From positions 52,413 to 116,412 of the forward strand of contig JAAYOH010000037.1 in assembly GCA_012520375.1 (NCBI GenBank): DNA of 64,000 nucleotides. The letters run 5' to 3'. Each line of letters opens with the position of its first letter. Position 1 is the stretch's first letter. This DNA comes from Clostridiales bacterium (lineage in GTDB: Bacteria > Bacillota > Clostridia > Christensenellales > Aristaeellaceae). This document shows, one piece after another, positions 37,301 through 44,663 of this stretch. Below the pieces are notes generated by a model, which did no database searches, was not told the DNA's origin, and saw only the letters and a program-made list of their open reading frames with translations. The position numbers were made by a program, and so were the translations under genes.

Positions 37301-38308
37301 ATGAAAAAGGTTTGTTCGTTGTTGTTGATCGTTTTCCTACTGATGAAGACAGGCATCGTGCTGGCAGAACAGACATCCGTACCCGCGAACGAGGGGATTA
37401 GCCGGATATGCGCAAGCGTATTTGACCTAGCGGAGAGCGAGATGTTCTTTACCGAAGTGATGGAACTGACGAAAGTGGGCGAAGGTACTCTGGAGGCATC
37501 AGTCGTCCACACACTATACGGCCTCGATTGCGACGCGCGTTATGTGATGCTGAAAAACGAAGTACAGACTACGCTGCTTCAACTGATCGAGTTTTCCGAG
37601 CGACCGCAAAAAACTAGTCGCCAAGGCTACAGAACCTGGGACTATGGCTATTACGACATTGCTTTTCGCTGTGCCGATATCCAGAAAGTATACGCGGATT
37701 TGAGCGCACAAGGATACGAATTTCCCTGCCCTCCCTATCAGTATGTAACCACATGGTCGGGCACGGAGGTGTTCGAAGCGGTGATGTACGGTCCAAACGA
37801 TATGCCCCTGGCGTTGATTAACAAAACTGCAAACACCCCCGAATTCGAGGGGATGTTCCGTAATTTCCCAGATGTGGTACTGGTAGTAGACAATATGGAT
37901 ACTGCTGATCGATTCTATGTGGACGTGCTGGGCATGAGCAAGGTTTTTGACATGGAGATGGAAAAGGGACTGGTCGATCCCATTGTAGGAACCGTTGGCA
38001 CCGATATCGTCACACGTATCGGAATGTACATGGGTGGTGGGGCTACCCCTATTATTGAGATTCTCGATTATTCCGAGGAAGGTGTTTCAATGACAGAAGA
38101 GGGCGCTTCAGTGCCCGGAAATGCGGGTATTTTCGCCACCTGTTTTATGGTGGAGAATGTGGACGCCATATTGGAATCCGCTGCCGAACAGGGTTTTGCT
38201 GCCAGCTCGGAGACATTGGAGATGGAACTGGCGCCCTACGGCGTTATACGTACCGCGCTGGTTTCAGGTCCGAACGGTTCCCTGGTGGAAATCTTCGAAA
38301 TACTGTAA
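37301..38308 (+). CDS. secreted tandem VOC (glyoxalase/bleomycin-resistance/dioxygenase fold) protein
   Basis: Signal peptide MKKVCSLLLIVFLLMKTGIVLA and two VOC-like modules (YDIAFRCADIQKVYADL; VVLVVDNMDTADRFYVDVLGM). Confidence 0.65.
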   Translation: MKKVCSLLLIVFLLMKTGIVLAEQTSVPANEGISRICASVFDLAESEMFFTEVMELTKVGEGTLEASVVHTLYGLDCDARYVMLKNEVQTTLLQLIEFSERPQKTSRQGYRTWDYGYYDIAFRCADIQKVYADLSAQGYEFPCPPYQYVTTWSGTEVFEAVMYGPNDMPLALINKTANTPEFEGMFRNFPDVVLVVDNMDTADRFYVDVLGMSKVFDMEMEKGLVDPIVGTVGTDIVTRIGMYMGGGATPIIEILDYSEEGVSMTEEGASVPGNAGIFATCFMVENVDAILESAAEQGFAASSETLEMELAPYGVIRTALVSGPNGSLVEIFEIL

Positions 38309-38327
38309 ATCACAGGAGACACAAACC

Positions 38328-38640
38328 ATGAAAAGGTGAGTGGTGGGCATTCTGTTGGCATTCTACCTGTTGCTGGCGATCGGCTTATGTAGAGGGCGAC
38401 TGCGAGGGTATTACGCAGGGATTTGGCGATGAACTGACGGTGCATGTGAATGTGGACGAGCATTCGATTCTCGTGGTGGAGGTAATCGAGTAAAGTGAGA
38501 TCATGGGCATAGCGCCCCTGAGGATTGAGAATCTTCTTGGACTGATAGCGGTGAAATAGCTGCTGGCTTTGGACACTGTCGTCAGCGAACAGCAGTGTAG
38601 CGGATTGTGTGGTATAAGCGAAACGCACGAGAGTCAGTTA
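38328..38640 (+). pseudogene. decayed FMN-binding-domain gene
   Basis: ATG 38328 has a good RBS (AGGAG) but hits a stop after 3 codons (MKR*). A downstream frame reads GDCEGITQGFGDELTVHVNVDEHSILVVEVIE*SEIMGIAPLRIENLLGLIAVK*LLALDTVVSEQQCS, which follows the FMN_bind consensus. It contains two in-frame stops and has lost the SGAT flavinylation motif. Confidence 0.6.
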
Positions 38641-38659
38641 GGATTGAAGGACTATTTCT

Positions 38660-38899
38660 TATCAAGGGAACACACCCAGCAGTACGCAACGCCCTTGAAT
38701 GCTGTGTACACCTGCCCTTGAACGCACTGGAACAATCCGATGAAAAGGGAGGGACCTGTGCGGCTTACTGCTGCGAGGGATGACCACACGGTTTACAGTC
38801 AGCTGGAAGTTCCTGGTGATCCAAATGCTCGCTCCGCAAAGGATTTCCGCCCATGAATAGAAAAAGAACCTGTACGGTTTCCCGGACGGGTTCTTTTTG
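38660..38899 (+). repeat. structured repeat, copy B (long form)
   Basis: About 240 nt ending in the hairpin agaaaaagaacctgtacggtttcccggacgggttcttttt. Copy A looks like this copy with an internal deletion of about 95 nt. Confidence 0.5.
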
Positions 38900-39300
38900 T
38901 GCATTTAGACAACCACATTGATAGAAGCTACAGTTCTAGAATAGAATACGTAATCCGTTACGGCTCCAATGATTTGAACATGTATTCTATTTTTCCGTCC
39001 TTGCGTGTACGACAAATTACTTCAATAGCCTTCTTCGTAACATGCATCTAGGGAATCACTTGTTTAATCATCGGTCAGGATGTGCTATCATCATTTCACC
39101 AACAGTCAGATGGTGAACAGAATAAATCTTCAGCGATTTCGAATACAGCAACCGGAAGCATAAAACAAGACGCGAGAAGTTTCTGGAGATTATGATGCTA
39201 ATCATTCCGTAGGGTGAATGAACTTACACTGTTTCAGCTGCTATAATACAATCAAAATTCTTCCTCCACCGGTTTCACCCGCGATTTTTATCCCCCGGGA

Positions 39301-39335
39301 CAAAAACGCCCCGAACGCAAAACGGCGTTCGGGGC
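39301..39335 (-). terminator. intrinsic terminator of the GATase-like gene
   Basis: 11-bp perfect stem gccccgaacgc/gcgttcggggc with a 6-nt loop, followed on the minus strand by GTTTTTG. Confidence 0.6.
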
Positions 39336-39343
39336 TTGCGGTT

Positions 39344-40096
39344 TTACGTACCGATGAGCCAGTTCGCCAGATTGCCCCAAAGCCGGGTGTAGCCCGGCCA
39401 TGTGCAAAAATCCACCGGCGCCCAATGCGGCGCGCAGTCTGTCGCAAAGGCGCAGGTACGGCCTTTCCCGTATGTGCCCAAGACGATCAATGGATCGCCG
39501 TTGACTGTCGCCACCACTTCACTGCCCTCTTTGGGGAGCAGAAGATTATAGCCCAGCAGCTTTGGCCACGTGTCCGGTACGCCTTCGAGGACAGGATGTG
39601 CGCGATCGGCCACGGAGGGCGCGATGCCGTCGCTCTCCTCCATGCGGTCATCGCCTTCCAGCAGGGTTACAGGCAAGATCTCCTCAACCGGCGTACGTTT
39701 GTAGGCGCCGCGCCCCTGAAGACCCATGAAGGATAGATAACCGCCGATCATCGCAAAGGCGCCGCCCTCGCGGACGTATTCCCTCAACAGCTTCAGTTTG
39801 TTCGGCGTCGGATTCAGGCGAATGAACACATTCATCGGCAGGTTCATGGTATTGGCGCCGACGTCGCTGAACATGACGATGTCGTACTGGGCAAGCGCTT
39901 CCACGCTCTGAGGGAAATCTCTCTCCACCAAGTGGGAAGGGATATGGACAAATTCATAATCATTTGCCACCAGTGCCGCGCGAATGTACTCTGTTGCTTC
40001 CTCGTAGTAATCGAAGGTAAAGGTGTCATACCCCTTGGCTTCTGTGGTGTGTACATGCCAACTCTCGCCGACGAACAGGATTTTTTGCTTCTTCAT
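39344..40096 (-). CDS. class-I glutamine-amidotransferase-like protein (DUF1355/ThuA-like)
   Basis: Start ATG 40096 after GGAAGGAG (MKKQKILFVGESW...). Pattern: YDIVMFSDVGANT ... REYVREGGAFAMIGGYLSF. Confidence 0.55.
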   Translation of the reverse strand: MKKQKILFVGESWHVHTTEAKGYDTFTFDYYEEATEYIRAALVANDYEFVHIPSHLVERDFPQSVEALAQYDIVMFSDVGANTMNLPMNVFIRLNPTPNKLKLLREYVREGGAFAMIGGYLSFMGLQGRGAYKRTPVEEILPVTLLEGDDRMEESDGIAPSVADRAHPVLEGVPDTWPKLLGYNLLLPKEGSEVVATVNGDPLIVLGTYGKGRTCAFATDCAPHWAPVDFCTWPGYTRLWGNLANWLIGT

Positions 40097-40755
40097 GCTA
40101 TCTCTCCTTCCATTTCCGATGAAAACAAATCCGGAGGCATTCTGCTCCGATGGACCGATCGATTCAGCGCGCCGCATCCGCTGAATCGGGACGGATAAAG
40201 TATAGCAGATATTGCCGGGACATGCAATTCTTGATCGATGGCTGGTCCGAACAAATATGTCCGATATGGTTTGTGCGGATAGCACATTTACAGAAGCGGA
40301 AAGGGGATGCTATAATAATGTAATCGTCCGGTCGGGAGATCCCGGTCGTCCGTTGGGGGTGTTCTATGGGCTGGCCAGCGACATCCTCAGCACGCACGCG
40401 GTGAGACGACGGGGCGACTATGCGGTTGTTCCGATCCAGGGTTTGGTGGACAATGTGGCGCCGGGGACAGAATGATGCCGTGTGATGCCATCCTTTTTTG
40501 AAAAACATGTGCAGGAGCACGGCATGTGCATCCCGGATGGATCGGGGGTGAAAGACCTCCCGGTATCCGGCGGCGCAGTTCGAGGCGCAGGGTTATGCGG
40601 TTCGACGGGCTGGCAATATCCCCGGCTTTCCGGCGGATTCGGACGCGGGGCGGCCCGGTCGCCAAGTTGTGATCCTGCCGGAAATGGATTGGCTGATTGA
40701 TGACGACGGAATGGTGCCGGTGAACGATAGCAACAGAACATAGGAGGTTATGGGA

Positions 40756-42144
40756 ATGAGAAGTGCGCAGGACATTACGTTGAAAAGTGTATCCCTTCCC
40801 GAATTTGGTCTGCCGGGGTCGCTGCCGGAACTGTCGGACGCCGTCTATCGCGGCAGATTCGAAAAGACATTGGACATGATGCGCAAAGAGAAGCTGGATT
40901 GTCTGCTTGTGTATGGAGACCGCGAACACTACGCGAACTTTGAGTACCTTTCCGGTTTTGACCTTCGATTTGAGGAAGGATTGTTGGTGCTTTCCGCGGC
41001 GGGCGAAGCCTGTTATATCCTTGGCACCGAATGCCTTCCCCTGGCTGCGACAACCCGTATCCCCGCGCGGGCGGAACTGTATCAGGGGTTTTCGCTGCCC
41101 AGCCAGCCCATCGACATGCTGCGCCCCCTTTCTGACATCCTTGAAAGCTGTGGACTGAAAAAGGGATGCCGTACGGGCGTTGTTGGCTGGAAACTGATGG
41201 CGCCGCGCTGGGCGGGGCGCGACGCGTTCGATGTGCCTTCCTTCATCGTTCGGGCGGCTGAGAAGACGGTCGGCGCGGAAAATCTTCTGAACGTCACGGA
41301 TTTCTTTATTCACCCAGATTACGGTCTGCGCGTGCTGAACACTGCCGACGACATCGCCTATTTTGAGTACGGCGCTGCGTGGGCCTCCATCGGACTGATC
41401 GACATGCTGGACGGGCTGAAGACAGGTTTGAGCGAGTTGGAGGCCTCCCGCATGATGAGGATCGGCGCGATGACGGAAAACTCCCATCCGCTTACCGTAG
41501 CGGGCGAAGGCAATGACGCGGGCATGGTCTATCCCAGCAATCGCAAACTGGAATTGGGCGGGCGCTTTAACTGCAGCCTGGGCCTTCGGGGCGGCTTATC
41601 CTGTCGGACCGGTTATTTGGCCTACAGCGAGGCGGACCTGCCCGAGGATCGGCGCGATTATCTGGACGTACTGGCAAAACCATACTACGCAGCCGTGGTG
41701 ACCTGGTATGAAAGCATGCGTATCGGCACGAATTGCGGCGATGTGTATGACCGGATCGAGGCTGTGCTGCCCAAGGCGCAATACCATTGGCAGTTGAATA
41801 CGGGCCATTATATTGCCAACGAGGAATGGCTATCCTCGCCGTTTGAAACCGGCTCGCCGGTCGATATTCGCAGCGGCATGTGCTTGCAGATGGATTTTAT
41901 CCCGGGCATCGACGGATACGCAGGCGCGAACTGCGAGGACGGCGTGGCCATCGCCGACGAAACCCTTCGCGCCGAGATCCAAGCGCGTTTCCCGGAGGTG
42001 TGGGCGCGCATGGTAAAGAGACGCCGGTTTATGACGGACGTGCTGAACATCCGCCTGCCCGATGAAGTGCTTCCCCTGTCCAATCTCGCGGCGCTCTACC
42101 GCCCCTACATGCTCAACAAAGACATGGCGCTGGCGGTCCGCTGA
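40756..42144 (+). CDS. M24-family (creatinase/prolidase fold) protein
   Basis: Creatinase_N-like N-terminus (MMRKEKLDCLLVYGDREHYANFEYLSGF) and a pita-bread-like C-terminal half. ATGs at 40750 and 40756 follow TAGGAGG; the second has better spacing. Metal ligands were not verified. Confidence 0.55.
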   Translation: MRSAQDITLKSVSLPEFGLPGSLPELSDAVYRGRFEKTLDMMRKEKLDCLLVYGDREHYANFEYLSGFDLRFEEGLLVLSAAGEACYILGTECLPLAATTRIPARAELYQGFSLPSQPIDMLRPLSDILESCGLKKGCRTGVVGWKLMAPRWAGRDAFDVPSFIVRAAEKTVGAENLLNVTDFFIHPDYGLRVLNTADDIAYFEYGAAWASIGLIDMLDGLKTGLSELEASRMMRIGAMTENSHPLTVAGEGNDAGMVYPSNRKLELGGRFNCSLGLRGGLSCRTGYLAYSEADLPEDRRDYLDVLAKPYYAAVVTWYESMRIGTNCGDVYDRIEAVLPKAQYHWQLNTGHYIANEEWLSSPFETGSPVDIRSGMCLQMDFIPGIDGYAGANCEDGVAIADETLRAEIQARFPEVWARMVKRRRFMTDVLNIRLPDEVLPLSNLAALYRPYMLNKDMALAVR

Positions 42145-42195
42145 GCTTCTTTCTTCAATTGGGCGTCGATACGCTTCAAAAGAGGAGGGACCGCG

Positions 42196-43137
42196 TTGAA
42201 GGGGATCGTCATTGCGCTGGGCGGAAACGCGCTGGGCGACACGGTGGCATCGCAGAAAAAGGCTGTCGAAGTCGCCGCAAAAACCATTGCGGATATCGCG
42301 GAAACCGGTGCGCCGTTGGCGATCGTTCATGGGAACGGCCCGCAAGTCGGCAAAATCAGCGCCGCGATGCGCTGCGCCGTCGCCGGCGGTATGGCGACGG
42401 AGGATATACCGCTTGCGGAATGCGTCGCCATGAGCCAGGGATATATTGGCTTTCATCTTCAGATGGCGATCGAATCCGCTTTTCGTTCAAAGGGGATAGG
42501 CCGAAAAGTCTGCACCGTCGTTACGCAGGTCCTGGTGGATTTGGAGGATCCCGCGTTCCTGCACCCCACAAAACCTGTAGGCGCATTTTACACTTTGGAA
42601 GAGGCCGGCGCCTTGATGCGCGAAACCGGTGAACCGTACTGCGAGGACGCGGGGCGCGGGTGGCGCAAGGTAGTCGCTTCCCCGGAACCCAAAGACATAT
42701 TGGAAAAGGAGGTCATCGGCTTATTGTTCCGTTCGGGCGTGGTCCCGATCTGCTGCGGCGGCGGCGGGATCCCCGTGGCGCAGCAAAATGGGACGTTTGA
42801 GACGGTCAGTGCCGTCATCGACAAGGATTATGCCGCGTCGAAGCTTGCTCAAATCATAGATGCGGAGCAATTGATGATCCTTACGGGCGTGGACGGGGTA
42901 TACCTGGATTACAACACGAAGCAACAACGCCTTTTGCGCCAAATGTCTGTAAGCACCGCGGAGAGTTACTGCGAGAAGGGATACTTCGCGCAAGGCAGTA
43001 TGTTGCCCAAGGTTCGCGCGGCGACGCGCTTTGCCCGGTGCGGCGGCATGTCGGTGATCACGTCGCTTGAGGCGGCGGCTACTGCCTTGAAGCAAAAGAA
43101 GGGAACATGGATTTCTTTGGGCCCAGGCGACCGTTGA
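42196..43137 (+). CDS. arcC: carbamate kinase
   Basis: TTG start after GAGGAGGG. IVIALGGNAL ... IVHGNGPQVG ... CCGGGGIPV is typical carbamate kinase. Confidence 0.85.
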   Translation: MKGIVIALGGNALGDTVASQKKAVEVAAKTIADIAETGAPLAIVHGNGPQVGKISAAMRCAVAGGMATEDIPLAECVAMSQGYIGFHLQMAIESAFRSKGIGRKVCTVVTQVLVDLEDPAFLHPTKPVGAFYTLEEAGALMRETGEPYCEDAGRGWRKVVASPEPKDILEKEVIGLLFRSGVVPICCGGGGIPVAQQNGTFETVSAVIDKDYAASKLAQIIDAEQLMILTGVDGVYLDYNTKQQRLLRQMSVSTAESYCEKGYFAQGSMLPKVRAATRFARCGGMSVITSLEAAATALKQKKGTWISLGPGDR

Positions 43138-43309
43138 ACCCTATGGCGGCGGACCGCCCCCGGAAAGCGAAAGGTTATACAGAAAACGCCATCCATCCTG
43201 CAGACGTGAGCAAGGAAGCCGCCACGCGAAAGCGTGATCGGAAGGCGTTGACCGCTTGCTGTCCGGGCTTCATCACCCAGGCCATGGCGGCCCATTTCAC
43301 CTTCCTTTT

Positions 43310-43426
43310 GTTTCTGGAATCCCACGGGGACCACGGTATCCCTCCGGGCAAGATCGCGCGGATCGCCACCGTTTTTTTCCTGCATAGAAAAAGGACCTGT
43401 ACGGTTTCCCATACGGGCCCTTTTCT
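43310..43426 (+). repeat. structured repeat, copy C (mainly the terminal hairpin module)
   Basis: Hairpin agaaaaaggacctgtacggtttcccatacgggccctttt shares the 15-mer cctgtacggtttccc with copy B. It sits between the convergent arcC and tRNA-Leu genes and probably acts as a bidirectional terminator. Confidence 0.4.
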
Positions 43427-43450
43427 ATCAGACTGGTTATCCGATTGTAG

Positions 43451-43533
43451 TGCCGGAAGTGGGACTTGAACCCACACGGTGTCGCCACCAACGGATTTTG
43501 AGTCCGTCACGTCTGCCATTCCATCATTCCGGC
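43451..43533 (-). tRNA. tRNA-Leu (anticodon CAA)
   Basis: 83-nt type II tRNA folded by hand. Acceptor GCCGGAA/TTCCGGC, anticodon stem ACGGA/TCCGT with loop CTCAAAA, long variable arm GGTG-GCGA-CACC, T arm GTGGG-TTCAAGT-CCCAC, discriminator A. Confidence 0.9.
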
Positions 43534-43545
43534 AAGTGTTTATCT

Positions 43546-43574
43546 ATTTTAGTGCATTGGCCGGGAAAAATCAA
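43546..43574 (-). promoter_or_regulatory. candidate promoter of tRNA-Leu
   Basis: On the minus strand: TTGATT, 17-nt spacer, TAAAAT, ending 12 nt upstream of the tRNA 5' end. Confidence 0.35.
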
Positions 43575-43679
43575 GGGCGAACCCGGGGAATTGAGAAATT
43601 TACATGGTGTACGGGATGGAACTATGGTATAATGGAAAAAAATGTGCGGGGGAAAGCCCGCGGAATGAGAGGGATCGCT

Positions 43680-44663
43680 ATGTACGACATCACCGCATTG
43701 GGCGAGAGCCTGATCGACTTCACCCCTTCCGGGGTGAACGACATGGGCATTCAGCTGTACGGCTGCAATCCGGGGGGCGCTCCCGCCAACTTCCTGGCCA
43801 TGAACGCCAAACTGGGGGGCAGGGTGGCCTTCATCGGCAAGGTGGGGGACGACGCCTTCGGCAGCTTCCTGGAGAAGACCATGGTGGAGGGCGGCATCGA
43901 CGTGAAGGGGCTGCGCAAGTCCAAAGAGGTGCCCACCACACTGGCCTTCGTACAGCTCAGCGACACCGGGGACCGGACTTTCAGCTTTTACCGCAAGCCC
44001 GGGGCGGACATCATGCTGACCCGGGAAGAGGTGGATACCGGGATCGTGGAGAACACCCGGGTCTTCCACTTCGGCACCCTGTCCATGACCGACGAGCCCA
44101 GCCGCAGCGCCACCTTCTATGCGGTGGACCTGGCCAAAAAGGCGGGGGCGCTGATCAGCTACGACCCCAATTACCGGCCCGCCCTGTGGGACAGCCCAGA
44201 AGACGCCATGGCGATGATGCAAAAAGGGGTCCCCCTGGCGGACATCATCAAGGTGTCGGACGAGGAGATGACCCTGATGACCGGGGAGACCGGGGCAGAG
44301 GCCGGCGCCCGGAAACTGCTGGACCAGGGCGCGGCGCTGGTGCTGGTGACCGGGGGCGAAAAGGGCGCTTTTTACATGAACCATGTGTGCTGCGGCGCGC
44401 TGCCCGCCTACGACGTGAAGGTGGTGGATACCACGGGCTCCGGGGACGCCTTCCTGGGCGCCCTCATGTACCGGCTGAAAGGATTGGACCGGGACGCCAT
44501 CGCGCACCTGCCGGAAGGGACCCTGCGGGACGCGGTGCTGTTCGGCAACGCCGCCGGCGGGCTCACCGCCACGGCCCGGGGCGCCATCCCCGCCATGCCC
44601 GATGAAGCCGGGATCCTGGCCTGTATGCGGGAAATGCCCCTGCATAAAGCGACCCTGGCTTAG
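43680..44663 (+). CDS. PfkB-family carbohydrate kinase (fructokinase-like)
   Basis: Start ATG 43680. Pattern: GESLIDF...GGAPAN ... DTTGSGDAF. An extended -10 TGGTATAAT lies at 43625-43633. Confidence 0.8.
   Translation: MYDITALGESLIDFTPSGVNDMGIQLYGCNPGGAPANFLAMNAKLGGRVAFIGKVGDDAFGSFLEKTMVEGGIDVKGLRKSKEVPTTLAFVQLSDTGDRTFSFYRKPGADIMLTREEVDTGIVENTRVFHFGTLSMTDEPSRSATFYAVDLAKKAGALISYDPNYRPALWDSPEDAMAMMQKGVPLADIIKVSDEEMTLMTGETGAEAGARKLLDQGAALVLVTGGEKGAFYMNHVCCGALPAYDVKVVDTTGSGDAFLGALMYRLKGLDRDAIAHLPEGTLRDAVLFGNAAGGLTATARGAIPAMPDEAGILACMREMPLHKATLA

Larger units (their letters stand above)
33570..39340. other. lower-G+C accessory islet between gdh and the GATase-like gene
   Basis: Visibly more AT-rich than the flanks. 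It has long non-coding stretches (33.57-34.45 kb and 38.31-39.34 kb), three genes plus one decayed gene, and is bracketed by related repeat copies A and B. Confidence 0.5.

Noticed and set aside
38784-38800. A 9-mer shared between repeat B and the tRNA-Leu T-arm region (ccacacggt, which reads accgtgtgg on the other strand), as evidence for an att-type duplication of the tRNA 3' end.
   Set aside because: The match does not extend into a recognisable T-arm or acceptor stem. A single 9-mer match between two short regions is within chance expectation.
38866-38893. Minus-strand hairpin GAACCCGTCCGG-GAAA-CCGTACAGGTTC as a group II intron domain V.
   Set aside because: It lacks the AGC catalytic triad and the 2-nt bulge, and there is no intron-encoded reverse transcriptase, 5' GUGYG or domain VI context. 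It is flanked by A- and T-tracts like a bidirectional terminator.
38660-38899. Repeat B read on the minus strand as a cobalamin or FMN riboswitch. It contains fragments resembling GGTGAAAATCC (ggcggaaatcc) and GCAACTGTAA (gctgactgtaa).
   Set aside because: The conserved cores (B12 box, the FMN GGATGGGAGA region) are not present, and spacing is wrong. No gene lies downstream on that strand in copies B and C, so it would be an orphan. A covariance-model search is needed for a definitive answer.
38938-38991. 10-bp inverted repeat (aatagaatac / gtattctatt) as the terminal inverted repeat of an insertion sequence or MITE.
   Set aside because: The arms are only about 32 nt apart, there is no transposase or target-site duplication, and no second copy exists in the window. 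It may be a simple hairpin in decayed DNA.
40476-40478. In-frame TGA between ORFs 40212-40475 and 40482-40700 as a selenocysteine codon with a downstream hairpin as the SECIS element.
   Set aside because: Neither ORF resembles a known selenoprotein or any family I recognise. The composition is Gly/Arg/Pro-rich like shadow ORFs, there is no convincing start or RBS, and the hairpin has a very long interrupted loop unlike bacterial SECIS elements.
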